Origin: Eledone cirrhosa | Taxonomy: Eukaryota | Assembly: GCA_964016885.1 (NCBI GenBank) | Contig: OZ024755.1 | Span: 21,948,001 to 22,012,000 of the forward strand | Reading direction: 5' to 3' | DNA: 64,000 bases | Shown: positions 12,861 to 26,700 of the stretch, piece by piece | Position numbering within the stretch: position 1 is the stretch's first letter | How the letters are laid out: the number at the start of each line of letters is the position of its first letter | Program-made: the position numbers and the translations under genes | Notes under the pieces: model-generated | The model's database searches: none | Told to the model about the DNA's origin: nothing | What the model saw: the letters and a program-made list of their open reading frames with translations, nothing else

Positions 12861-13576
12861 CTTTTTTACTCTTGCTTATAGTGGTTTCTTGGATCATTGA
12901 AAGTTAAATATATTTGCCAAAGATGTATTGAATTAGTGATGATAGGATAGAGGCTAACCCTTCAGCCAATGGTCAAACTACCTGATAACTTGGCTAACTG
13001 CAGCTCTCATTGTTTATATAGTGTATGGACATTGTTGAAAAGCAGTGATTCTAATGACATCCTTGGATTTATCAGAAAAGAAATATTAAATATTGAAATA
13101 TATTAATCTGAAACTGATAATTACATAAAAATTACTAAGCTAGTTACTTAATATACTATGGTTCTGATATAAAATTATGTAAGAAGATTTTAATTTAAAT
13201 AGGAACCCTTTCAAATGGATGGTTTTGTTTCACTAGAACCAAAGTCAGATTGGTATAAGCTTTTCATTAAAGTGTCTGTGTAATAATCTATAAATCTAGG
13301 GTTCAAACAGACCTTGTGAAGGGGGTGATTTGTAAAACAACTCCAGTAAGAACCATAGAAATGTGTGAACTTGTCACAGAAGAGTTGTTTGAAAAGAACC
13401 CAACTTATCTGTAAATAGTGGTTACTAGATTCATGTAAAGTATATTCTGAATAAATATTTATATGTAATTTCTTGTCTTAATATTTTTCTTCTTGGTCTT
13501 CTTAAAGTTCTTCTCCATCCTTCTTTCATTCAACTTCTTATTCTCTGTATTATTATTATTATTTCCTTTCTTTCAG

Positions 13577-13774
13577 CCACAAAACACAACACGGTCCCAT
13601 AAGTACGCTGTATTACTTGAGAAAAAGAAAAGAATTAGAATGACTCCAAAATCTAAACCGACCCCTACCCCACCCCAACCACCAAAGAAAAAACCTAAGA
13701 AGAAACGTCGGCGGAGATATAGTGACAGTGAAGATGATAGTGACAGTGATAGTGACCCAGATTTTGTGGCTTGA
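13577..13774 (+). CDS. NIPBL: NIPBL terminal coding exon
   Basis: Polypyrimidine tract plus CAG; basic NLS-like KKKPKKKRRRR, then acidic DSDSDSDPDFVA and TGA. Confidence 0.88.
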   Translation, partial: PQNTTRSHKYAVLLEKKKRIRMTPKSKPTPTPPQPPKKKPKKKRRRRYSDSEDDSDSDSDPDFVA

Positions 13775-15085
13775 TAAATAGTGTTGGAATAATTTACTGT
13801 TTGTTTCTCGCATTTTCTTGGTTTTACTTCTCACATCCAAAACATATATATATAATATAAAAAAAAATGTTTATTTCTTCTCCAAAATCCCCCCTGTCCC
13901 CCCAAAACAACAAAAATAGAAAACGAAACAAAAACACAAAAAGAACCGTACAAATCATCTGTTTGCTGCTGCTCGTGGCCCCTTCATTTACACATCATCT
14001 TTATTCATCTCATTATACCGAAAGACTTTTAAAAAAAAAATAAAGAAAGACTACCCATCCATTACTATATATTCATCATTGTGTTTTTGGGGATTACATA
14101 CACAGGTGTCTCTGAATTCTCATCATCAAGTGATAACTCACAGCTACTACCAGGACACACACAACAGCCACAAACACACATGTACAAAGGCACACATGCA
14201 CCAATGCATACAAACATACACATATATTGTACAACTTATATAAAGTGCATCTGCATATATTACAATTCAACAACTTTTTAAAAGAAAAAAAAGAAAACAC
14301 TGAATATATGTGTGTCTGTGCATGTATATATTTATATAAATATATAAAAATATGTGTGTGTGTATGTGTGTCTGTGTGTGTGTGTATGTATATATACATG
14401 CGTGTTATGTGTGTGGGTGTGTATATATATATGTGTGCATATGTGTATATATATGTGTATATATATATAGGTGTATATATGTATATATATGTGAATATAT
14501 GTATATATATATGTATATATATGTGTGTGTGTGTATATGTATATGTTTGTTAAAGGACAAAGACAAATTATTAAAAAAATACACATAAAAGAAAAAAAAA
14601 AACACTGCACCAGCAACAAGCAAACAAAATGTGACCTGTATATAAATATATATATTTATATATGTAATGTGAGAAAGTTACCACATTACAGAAGACTAAT
14701 TGAAAGAAATTCAACTTCAAAAAAAATCATTTGGATTTTTTCATTTGACATTTTCATCTAACATCAGCTGTAAACTTTCATCCATTTGCCATCTGTAAAG
14801 TTCTATGTATTTATTTGTGAATATGTCCATTTTTTATAGTTCCTACAGCACCAAAGATGTGTCAGAAACAGTGGATCAAACTAAAGCTGTTGTCTTCAGG
14901 AAGAAGACATGACAGCTACAGCAAGTTGTACTGTTTGTTATGATGCTGTAAATGTTAAAATTCAATTTTCATACTGTATAGTTTACTGAAAGCAAAGAAA
15001 GAAAGAAACAAAAAAAAAAAAGAGAAAAAAAAAAACAAAGGAAAGATTCCACAAGAAAACTTCAAACTAGTATTAATTTGTAAGA

Positions 15086-15152
15086 AATAAAATTTTAAAA
15101 AAATATTCAGACATGTATGGCTTGTCTTGTAAATTTGATGTATGGGAATAAA
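15086..15152 (+). terminator. Candidate NIPBL polyadenylation signals
   Basis: AATAAA at 15086-15091 and 15147-15152 after a 1.3-kb 3' UTR, just before repeat-derived sequence starts. Confidence 0.5.
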
Positions 15153-15599
15153 AGTCTACAGAGTTTAAGGGCCGAAATATTTGCTTGAGGGTGATGGGGA
15201 TTTCTTTGATGACCTTCTGTTGTCTAACTCTCCTGAGAGTTTCTTGCTACCCATATATATATATATGTATATATGGGCCAAAATACTTGCTTTGGGTAGG
15301 GAGGGGCTTCTTCTCTGACGAGCCTCTGCTGTTGAGGAAGGATGAAAGTGATTGGGTGAGCAGATTGATGGAAATAGAGCCAGTGATAAATGTTGTGAAG
15401 AGAAATGGAATGAAATGGTTGGGTCATGTGTTGAGGAAGGCTGGGAATACAGATAGTGCTGGTGGCACGAACAATGCACCCAGTCCACACTGTAAAGTGG
15501 TTGGTGATAGGAAGGGCATCCAGCTAGTAAAACCTAGTCAAAATTATGAAAAGCACGACCAATTTGATTTCCACTTGTTGCGAACACAGGGCTAATCAT

Positions 15600-16257
15600 G
15601 GTTGGGGTGGCTAAGAGTAGCCATGTGCAAGAACACCTTGACCATTATCAAGCAATCTCACAACCACTTTTCCTTTCAGGTACATAGAATCTCTAATGAA
15701 AGAAGTAAAAACAACTATCCAGTTACAAATCTCATGGCTGCCACTCTGTGTTGGTACCCTGAAAGGCAAATCAGAAAAGGAGTAGATATATGCTGTGTAG
15801 AAAAAGTGAGATTGAGGGGTGCCTCAGCGAGACTAATTACGGGCAAGCAACTTAGATATAAACTCTACTGGGTAGGAGTTGTAAGCATCCTACTAGCTGA
15901 GAAATGGATAGATAAGGTGATAGAGGTAGTTAAGAGTGACAAAATCATCAAGCTTAGATTAACTGTGGGAAATAGGCTGGTGACCATCACATCTACATAT
16001 GCTCTGCAGGCAGGACTGGATAAAGAACTAAAGGACAGGTTCTATGAGGAACTTTTACAGACAACTTCAGGTATTGACAAAAGAGACCTCATCATCCTGG
16101 CAGGCGACTTCAGTGGACATGTTGGACAGTACCAAGATGGATTCAGCTGAGTTCACGGCAGCTATGGTTATGGTTCAAGGAATGAAGGGGGCTGAGACTC
16201 CTCGAATTCTGGGACACAAATGAACTAACCATCTGCAACACAAATTTCAGGAAACCA
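15600..16257 (+). mobile_element. RTE-clade LINE fragment, AP endonuclease region, disrupted
   Basis: YKLYWVG...TYALQAGL...IILAGDFSGHVG motifs, followed by stop and frameshift. Confidence 0.85.
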
Positions 16258-17870
16258 TAGACAAAAATATACTTATTTATTCTTCAAAGTTCTGACTGTA
16301 GTTTCACTAACTGGTTTGCAGCAATCATGCACCAGAAAAGTGCACCATTGCTGTGAGGCTGTCAAGAGACACCTCAGTTTAGTGGATTATTTCTTGACCT
16401 GACCATTACAAGTGAATAATTCTTGTGAGGGAAAAATTATCACATCATACGGTGGTCACAGAAAGCGAAACTGCAGTTGGAACTTTGAAGGAAAAATAGT
16501 TATATTTTTGTTTACATATATATATATATATGTGTATAACCCACTGGCCCACTGAGAATTGCTCAAACGTCCACTGTGTGGCCAGCCTACATCTAGACAT
16601 AAGCTGTAACGAAACACAGCTTACTGAGATCGATTCTTATTGATAGATATAGTTTGTTGATTAAACACACACCCACACACACATTAACAATATGAATGAT
16701 TTGTTGAAGGAAATTTATTCACGAAACTGCATGTTGTAACTTGTAGTGAAGATGAGGGAGAGAGAGATTTACACAAGGTTTGATTTAAGCTTAATTGACA
16801 ATATCATTATCTATTTTTATCTGACAGATTAATTAATACATCCCCTCATGGATGTGAGAGTAATGTATAAATTAAAATGTGGCTAACTTCATTTTAAAAG
16901 AGGGTTGTAACCAACAGGATAGTTTTAGCCAATTAGACATGAGACTATTGACAAATTTGTTTATTACTAATCAATGCAATAGATTGTTAATTTTGGTCAA
17001 GCTCCAACCGTGTTAGATTTAATATAAAACAAATGGTAGTTAATTTATACTAAGAATTATTTTTTTTTAATAAATTATATAAATCAAATATATTTTTTGT
17101 TGGATTTAATGAAAATATGTTTCCACCATTAGACAAATGAATAGAGAGAGACAAAAAGAGGAAAATATTGTATAAATAATTGTTGAAAATAAAATATAAA
17201 AAGTGAGGCTGTAGATATTTATAATGAGATTATTTATATCTGAAAAATCTGAGATTGTTTGGTACTATCAAGTTCTTCATATTAATTTCTTTATGGCTTA
17301 GTGGGAAATGGGGCAATGATCCTATATTTGTCTGAGAGGAAAGGCAAGGCAGAAAACTATGATACAAGGTTTGCTGTAGTAGAAAAAAAAATGTGTCAAG
17401 CGATCCAGTTATCTCAGTACAGAGACTAAGTTGAATGCTTGTTCGAGAGAATAATAAACATACAAATGTCTCACTATTCATCTTGTCTCTTGCACACAAC
17501 ATATATCTACTATTTATCTATTTATTGCCTTCAGTATATTTCTCGATTTCCCTGTCATTGTCCATACATTTCATGTCCGAAACCTCATTTATTGTTCTCC
17601 TCAAGGAACATCATAAATGGACTGAATTTCTCCCTTGTTTCCACTGAGTTCCTCATCTTGAATTTTCACGAGAGGTGTTGGGAAAACCCACGTGGTACTC
17701 GGAGGTGTACCCTGCCTATATGTTAATGTACTCCTCATGAGGTCCTTTTTGAGGATTTATTTTATTGCCAAATACTGCTCCTATTCCCAAACCATATATA
17801 TATATATAATGTAAGCAAGTATTGCACCAAGAAAACTATAGACTTTAGCAAGAAAAGAAAGAATTTATTG

Positions 17871-17968
17871 GCTTTAAAATGTTTCTGTGTCTATTATAAT
17901 AGTCTACATATGCTGACTACAATATATATTGTTCAATCATAATTATTTATCACATGTCTTCAGAAAGC
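17871..17968 (-). ncRNA. Degenerate type I hammerhead-like motif
   Basis: Minus strand gcttt-CTGAAGA...caca-GAAA-catt-TT-aaagc, followed by AATAAA; stems II and III imperfect. Confidence 0.35.
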
Positions 17969-18290
17969 TTAAAGTTGTTTATGTAAGTATCTTTCCAGCA
18001 TGCCATAGAATTCAGGATGATTATGTTATACAAGTCAAAGGATACCATCGAGTCAAATTCTCTGGTAAGCTGTTATCTTTTTTAAGCATTCATTATTGAT
18101 ATACATAAACAAAACCTTATCTACCCCCCCCTCTCTCTCTCTCACAGACAGAGAGAGAGAGAGAGACAGACAGACAGAGAGTGTGTATAACCAAGACTGC
18201 ACCTATGTGTATATAAGTATACACATTTTTATATGTAGACTCAGCCACGTAGCTTCACTGTGTATATATATCTCTATATATATATATATA

Positions 18291-18484
18291 TCATCATCAT
18301 CATCATTTTACGTCCGTTTTTCCCTGCTTGCAAGGGTGGGACGGGTCTTATTCAGCACAGCATCTCTCCACTCGTCACGGTCCCTCGTCATCTCCACCGT
18401 GAGCTTCAATGATCTGAGGTCTGTTCTCACCACCTCCGCCCATGTTTTTCGTGGTCTACCTCTACCACATCTTCCTTCAACTGT

Positions 18485-18485
<1 letters not shown>
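18291..18485 (-). mobile_element. 5'-truncated RTE LINE 3' end within (TA)n
   Basis: GRGRPRKTWAEVVRTDL...DRDEWR C-terminal motif plus (TGA)n tail. Confidence 0.85.
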
Positions 18486-18535
<50 letters not shown>

Positions 18536-19059
18536 AACGATCAACTTTCATCAAATCGGACCGAAGGAACAATGTTTCCGTTGGTCTTTCCAATTGCTAA
18601 TACTATCTATCGGTCGCAACTCCAGGTAGAAGGAGCAACGTGAAATATAGTGTCTTGCTCAAGGACATAACGCATCGCCTGGTCCAGGAATCGAACTCAC
18701 AACCTTACGATTGCGAATCCAAATCCCTAACCACTCAGCCACACGCCTTCACTCAAATATATATATCTATATATATATATCAATATATATATCTATATAT
18801 ATATCAATATATATATCTATATATATATATATATATATGGTTCGGCATGGCCAACTGGCCTGTCCCTCCTCATAAAGCCATCCAGTTCCACACTGTAAAT
18901 GTGGTTGGTGTTAGGAACGGCATCCAGCTGTCAAATACCAGGCTAAATTTACAGTTCCTTCTGAGTGAAGTAGGGTGTGGTTAATCTAGCCAGACTTGTC
19001 TCCCAGCATGGATGATCTGTCTAGTCCATACAAGCATGGAAAAAGGGACGCTAAATGCT

Positions 19060-19590
<531 letters not shown>

Positions 19591-19912
19591 ATATAATGTA
19601 TATATGGTCCTGTAACTCCCGAGGGAGTCATAGGGGCGCCGTATTGACATACAGCATTTCTTGGGCATTTTAAGCTTGGCGGAGCCCATCCATTTCCAGG
19701 CCTGAGTACAGCAGATTTCTTCCAGAGAAAGAGACATAGAGGTTATATATATATATGTACGTCAATACTCATCTTTTTCCATTTATCTGAGGGTTCTAAA
19801 CCCCATTATCAGACTAAAATTTCTTTAGTAAAAAATATATGGTGAAAGCTATTCTATTTTCTAATTTCAAACCTGCTCACTGTTTCAAAACATATTTACA
19901 TATATATATATA

Positions 19913-20149
19913 CTAGCTGAAGTACCCGGCGTTGCCCGGGTGTAAGTCGACCATTGCTCTGTTGTTAAAATGTGTGAAAGTTACCTCCTGCGCATCACAG
20001 GTGCAAAAACCTTCGAACCTCAAGGAAAAAAACAGAGGTTAGTAGACGCAGGTGTGAAATTGAGCATAAATAATGGATCAATTGTAGGTTCACAGTGTAT
20101 CGTTGAAATTGTTCTTTGCAGTTGATTTTTAAAGCAGGGTGAAAAAGCC

Positions 20150-20188
<39 letters not shown>

Positions 20189-22130
20189 TATATCTGAACC
20201 ATGGCATAATGGCGAGTCTTTTGCGACAGTTTTCAAGAAAATCAGACGTTCCTGTAAACAGTTTTCCCATGTGCAACTTTGCCTTGTTTTTTGCGCAAAG
20301 TCGAACCCCTGCTTCAGTTTTATTGATTTTTTACATGAATGTGTGACCTCTGAAGTAGATTTGAGTAGCTAAAAACCTGTCCCGGTAAATTTGCTATAGG
20401 TGAAAAAAAGTTGATCAAAATTGTGTCGAGGGTTATTGCCCTTTGCAACAGCCTCAACGTGTCTTCAAGTATGGTTTGTTAATTTGTTGTGGAACTAAAT
20501 CGACTTTCGTCAAATGTTTCCATTTGTCTTTCTAGCTGGTGTACCCGGTTACACTCGGGGTTATAAAGCGCTGGATTTAAACGGGTCTTCGCTAAATTTC
20601 AGCAGGATGCTTTAACCGAAATAAATGAAGAACAAACGTTTCTTTTTGTGCTCCAATCTGTGATATTGGTATTTTGAAAAAATAGTCCACAAACATCCAT
20701 GGAACATGTGTAACGCATGTATCAGGTTATGAGAAAAAGGGTTTTCGATTCTCCATTCATAAGATACCAAAAAATTGCACGCAAATAAACCGGGATTTTA
20801 AGGCACTGCCCAATTCATAGCTGAAAGGTAAGAATCAAGTGGAATAATGTTTTGCGACATTGTCAAATGTACAACCGTACAAAAGCAAAGGATATAGCCA
20901 TTGAAATCTAGGTAGACAAAAGAATTTGGTGAGGTTGTATATCAGAGGAGGATTGTTTTCCTTGTGATTCGCGTCTAGCCTACAAAGTGAAGTTAGATGA
21001 TTGTAGTCAGTGTTGTATCAATAAAAAATAAAAGCATACGGAAGACTGAACACTTACGAATTAAGTGAAAATCACGTTGATATTCCTAATGGACTGTTGT
21101 GTCAATATTGAAATCATAGAAATTGCGAATTCCCGACCGCTAAGATGTAATGGATAGGCCTTGGAGGTGAAGAGGAAGAATTGGTACAATTGTTTTGCTG
21201 AACATGTTGACCATTAATTTAAATAGACTTACGCAGCAGTATCGTGCGGTTTTGTTGTTTATGGCCTAGAATGAGGGCCGGTTAAATGCGGCAGAAAAAT
21301 AAGCCATGCTGATGTTTAGGGGCGTCACAGGGAATAGATGCGGCGTTGTGAGTCAATTGTGAGGACAGTGGAAGGCACGCTGATCGCTTGAGAAGACGCG
21401 ATGCTACACAGGATGCTTCTCGGCCATAATTGACAGAAAGGCATGTCAGGAGAAATGAAAGAGTTGCTATTCATCCTTTGCTTAGCAGGATGAACATGTA
21501 ATTAAAAAGATTTACCATGGACTATCGTGCACGTTGGTATTGTGTTTAGCCTGCGAAAATCGGTGGTCAAATGGGGCAACAATAAGCCATGCTGATGACG
21601 TTTAAGTGGGTGGCAAGGCAAGGAATTGATGCGGCATAGATAGCCATGGGAGTCTTGAAAGAGCACGGCGGTCAGGCAAAAGAAAGGGCTGAAGAGGGTA
21701 TGGTGGCTGACAGTGCATGGATGCGGCATCCTGAGGCATGACGATGCAGTGGGACGACGGCCAGCAGACAAGGAAGAGGGCAGGGTGGACGGTGACAAGG
21801 ATGCTGCATGGTGGGCCATGGCAGTCTTGAAGGCGCACTACAGGCAGGCAAAAGAAAGGGCCGAGGAGGGGATCGCGGTTGACAGAGCATTGATGCGGCA
21901 TGGTGATGCATGACGATGCAGTGGGACGATGGCGTGTAGGGAATGGAGAGGGCTGGGGTTGACGGTGGCAGAGATGCCACTTGGTCCCTCAAGACTGCCA
22001 TGCCTAGGCAGTGGAAAGGGTCGGGGAGTGGATGGCGGCTGACAGGGCAGGGATGCAACATGAGGAGGCATGACAAAAGGGCAGGGTGCATGGTGGCTGA
22101 CAGGGCGTGGATGCATATTAGCACAATGCT
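19913..22130 (-). mobile_element. Probable non-autonomous Helitron (far boundary uncertain)
   Basis: Minus-strand 3' end: GC hairpin cccgggcaacgccggg, short spacer, CTAG then T at 19912; second similar end at 20532-20559; GC-rich diverged internal repeats at 21280-22125. Confidence 0.55.
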
Positions 22131-25100
22131 TACAAAGAAGAAATAAATGGTAAAATTTCAGTGAACTTTGGCTGTAATTTCTAACAAGTCCATCAATGAT
22201 GTTGAAACTGTATTGATAACAAATATCTTATTTAGACAAGGTGGAAATAATGATTTTTCAATATGGCTCAAGGTTGTATATATGAATCAAACCTGATATA
22301 TGACTGATGGTTATTTTAATGACGTCAAAGAGATAATAGGTAGCCAATTAACAAAAGCGTTAGAACGCCGGAAATACGCCTTGTGGTAATTATTTTGACT
22401 TTTTGTGTTCTGTGTTCAAATCCCACCATGTCCTACTTTGGCAATAAGCTTGACTGGGTTAACATCTCCACCTGGTACCCTGTGCCCCTTCAGTGGAGTC
22501 CACAGTTTTAAATCCCAGGTTTGAGGATACATTCATCCCTTCTCCATTCTCACCTGTTTGGAGATCCTCAAAAGAGTCATGGCCACTCTCCTTTTCCTGA
22601 CCAATTAGTAAAAAAACATCTCCAGTTTCAGTATATCTTCCTAAGCCCCTCCTCTACCAGTGACGGAGACCTTGAAAGGTTTATGGGCACTGCTCTTCCT
22701 TTTGTCTAAATGACAATGAAAGAGTGAAGTTGATCTTGCAGGAACTGATCTCAGAAGGAAAAGTGATTGAATTATATATATAGCAAGTTATTTTGTCCTG
22801 TGCTGTCTCTGTTAATCACTATCTATCTAGACCAACCATGGTTTGTCTTTCTGAATGACACACTTAATTTCAAAATTACCTTCAATTTTTTAGTAGTACG
22901 GTCCACCTTATGATGAGCCACATCCTATGTGGTCCACTGCTCAAAAAAGGTTCCCTCTGCCTGATCTAAAATAACAATTTATAGCTTTAATGTAAAGTCA
23001 CATATTTTTGCAGAAGGATATGCTGATTATGAGGTCAACTTTGCCTTTCATCCTTTCGAGGTCGATAAAAATAAGTTCTCGTCTAATACTGGGGTCAGTT
23101 CTTTTTTCTCTATATCTTTTTCTCACTTCCTCCCTCTATCTCTTTATCGCTTCCATTCTCTCTCTTCCTCTATTCTTCTCTGGAAAAAATCTGCTGTATT
23201 CAAACCTGGAGAGGAGATGAGCTCGGTCAGGTTTTAAAAATGTTTTAAGAAACACCATATGTCAGTATGGTGCCTTTACACTTCCCCCAGAGTTACGGAA
23301 CCATTTATGTATGGTTGATTAAATGGCTCCTGACATTTTGTTCCCTTCTCAATCGTTTTTAATACTCCAAAAACATTCAACGAGACAAGAGTAATAAAAT
23401 GTATTAAACTTCAACATTATATCAGTTTATAAAGATGAAAATATCAGATTTAGAAAATGTTATTTACGACAGATTTGTGTATCACCCAGTGAGAGATTTC
23501 TCTCTCAACCACTTAGCACAATATGAACCCTTCATGGACTTAATACTATGTTACTCTATAATAAGGTGGTGAATTGTCAAAGTCGTTAGAACGATGGATA
23601 GAATGTTTTGTGGTATTTGTTCTGGCTCTCTGCTCAAAACCCTCAATTTTTACCTTTCACCCTTTCGGGATACCAGTCCAGTACTGGGGCCATTTCTTCT
23701 ATATCTCTTACTCACCTCCTCTTTCCTTCTCCGGAAGAAATTCGCTGTGTTCAGATCTGGAGAAGGGATGGATTCTGCTAGGGTTAAAGCGTCCCTATGA
23801 CTCCATCTAGGAGTTACAGGTCCATACACCCCCCACACACAGACACAGACACACACACAACTCTATAATAAGCCAAATTAACAGCAGATTAGTTTGTTAG
23901 CTACCAAGTGCAGTAAGTTAGTTGTTGGCTATAATTATTCTAAATGTTTATCTCTCAGTAGTTAAACTATGCAGTTGACAGGGGAGAATTTCAACAGTGG
24001 CAGGAGATGTATCTAACATAAACAAAAAAACGACATCTATCTTTAAGTATATTTTGTTAGTTGGTGTTCAGTTTTAGTAGAGATCAATACTGAATATGTT
24101 TATCAAAAGAAGAGATAAACAAAAGAGGCAACAAATAAAAGAAACAAAGACGACAAATAAAGTCAAAACATTGATCTTAAATAACATGTTGGAACTTGTT
24201 GAAATATCTATCGTTCGGAGACAGAGTTTAGTAGTTAAACATATTGAAACCAAAAATGTTAATAATTCTACTTCAAAGTATATTTACGCACTAAAATAAG
24301 AATCACACAATATGGTGAAACTTATTTGTCATTTAATAATAGACTTCTGGAGCTACAGGTAAGCAAGTGTATATGAACTTCGGGATTGTGATTGAAGGAT
24401 GGACCATTTATGTGCTGCTGTTAACATCACAGTCACATGTCAACCTAGCTGTAAACAGGTGCCATTTGTAGAACAGCATTTTGTTTCAAGTAGGGATGAA
24501 CTCTAAATGGTGGATGTATTGGAACCCCACCTTAAATGTTATTTCTAAAAGGAATGGTACCAGCTTAACTGATTTTTATTTAGGTTCATAGAAAGCTGGC
24601 AATAGACCAGGCCATAACCAGATATAAAATGTCTCCCACCCCCTGTCTCACTCACTGCTAGAAATATATCAAGGCCAGATATGAAATTTAGGCATCATTT
24701 CTAACTGTTCATGAAGTATTTTAGATTCAATGCATAATACATATGATTTATGTGTTAGGGGGAAAACATATATACCGGTACATGTATTGTAGTATACAAG
24801 ATGTACATACAGAACTGATCTTGAGCAATGTAGGCCCTCAAAATCATAGGTTTATTCCAATGATCCAGCCTGCCTTCCTCTCTCTTTTGGCCTTTCTTTA
24901 TTAATATACTTTTTGAATACTACATTTTTAAAGGGTACCCCAACAACCCAATTGATAAAAGTGCCCGAAAATCACTATGTTTGTTTTGTTTTTTCTTTTC
25001 TAAATCAGTCATCAACAACAACCAGCATCATCATCATCATCATCCTGATTGCTCCAGCTGCTGTCAAACCTTTGTATCAATATGTTACATCAATTTTATG

Positions 25101-25156
25101 ATTTTCAACTTCCTGACTTCATGAAACAAGAGATTGGTAGAGAGAAACAGTTAATT

Positions 25157-25196
25157 GTTCTGATGAGTGCAACCTAACTGATGAAATGACATCAAC
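25157..25196 (+). ncRNA. Minimal hammerhead-like motif, weak stems
   Basis: gtt-CTGATGA-gtgcaacctaactgat-GAAA-tgaca-TC-aac. Confidence 0.35.
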
Positions 25197-26299
25197 CGGG
25201 AATCGAAACCCATTGCCCTGGTGATCGCTACTGTAGTAATATGATCTTGACAACAATGATAATGATAGACAAGATATTGATGATGATGATGATGATGATG
25301 GTGATTGTCACTTAATCTCATCCTCTTTTCATACTTAACTATTAAACCCTTTCCTTTCCACGATGAAGCTTTTCCGTTTCTACTTCCATAACCTCGGCAA
25401 AAAAACACTGAACCTTATAACCTCTCGTTTGTTTCCTCCTTTATATAAATTTCTATCCCCCCCCCCACTCTCTTAAGGACCAAAAGTGAACCCAAGTCTG
25501 TGACTTGGTCTCTATTCTCTATTATATCCATTCCTTTTGTTTAATACAATATGAACGGAATAGAATGGGTCTCCATCAGTTATGACGATAAGTGTTCCAG
25601 TACATTTTTCTTCATAATCACCCTATTTAACCACACTGTGCTTGTTTCTGTTGTTGAAAACATTAGAAATAATGAAGTCTCCACCTTAAATATTATAGAA
25701 TGTTGGTGTTGGTGTGGTATGGTCCTGTAACCCCTGATGGAGTTGTTGGAGTGACATAATGGAGTACGGCGTTTCTGGGGCATTTTTAAAACCCAACAGA
25801 GCCTATCACCTCTCCAGGTCTGAATACAACAGACTTCTTCCAGAGAAGGATAGAAAGTGAGATACAGATATAGCAGAAGAATCGACCCCTGTACTTGACT
25901 GGTACTTTTTTTATTGACCTTGAAAGGATGAAAGGCAATGTTGACCTCAGTGGGATTTAAACTCAAGGAGCAGAAAGTCGGAATGAACACTACAAAGCAG
26001 TCTATCTGATGCTCTGACGACTTTGTGAATTCGCCATTTAGAATGTTGGTATTGTATTTTCTAGTAAAACTCTCCAACTCTGTAATGTCTGTTTAGTCAG
26101 TTTATATATTCTGTTTAGCCTGCACAAACACAAACGATGTGATTGATTGTCTCTTCATAACTTACATACATTCTCTACTTACTTTTGGTATTCTGCTTCA
26201 ATGGTGTTTCAAAACAATAGATATCATTTGAGATGTAAATATCCCAGAAACTGTAAATATCCCAGAAACTAGACTGAGCAGGGTTAATGAAGAGCAACA

Positions 26300-26700
26300 T
26301 AAGATTATTAACCATCAAAATTATTAACCATCTTGCCAACAACAACCCTGAGTACTTTTTTGATTTCCATGTGTCTAACACACGTGGGCATGCCCACAAA
26401 GTCAGAAAACAGCACAGTTCCCATGACTTTCGGAAACATTTTTTCACACTCAGACTACCTCATCAGTTATTAGCTGTCGAAACACTGCATCCTTTAAATC
26501 CTCCATGCTTCCTGAGATTTGCCAACACTACACCTAATATTCTCCCTCCATACACATACACACATGTATATCATGACTCATACACTATTCACTTCCCTGA
26601 CATTTGTATATTATTCTATGTACTATACATGCACCTTTGACGAGTTGTAGTTCACTTGAGCACTTTACACAATAATTTCATTATTATTAATATATTATTA
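26300..26700 (+). mobile_element. CR1/L2-like LINE 3' fragment
   Basis: NTRGHAHKVRKQ...FRKHFFTLR motif plus (att)n tail; the same 3' end recurs at 53710-53805. Confidence 0.75.

Noticed and set aside
14081-14761. YI/CV/HT-rich ORFs here and at 35.2-35.9, 36.5, 56.8 and 59.0-59.5 kb
   Set aside because: Dinucleotide microsatellite artefacts.
17600-17716. Possible minus-strand terminal exon ending SIYDVP-stop
   Set aside because: All three frames are briefly open, the acceptor is weak, and no homology is recognised.
17999-18064. Possible + strand exon (CHRIQDDYVIQVKGYHRVKFS)
   Set aside because: Splice sites are plausible but there is no recognisable homology or partner exon.
21502-22146. 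Cluster of overlapping GC-rich ORFs as a gene
   Set aside because: Explained by diverged GC-rich tandem repeats; no domain motifs or splice structure.
24312-24358. ATG exon (MVKLICHLIIDFWSY) for the polycystin-like gene
   Set aside because: Good donor, but it ends in phase 2 while the micro-exon needs phase 0, and no bridging exon was found.
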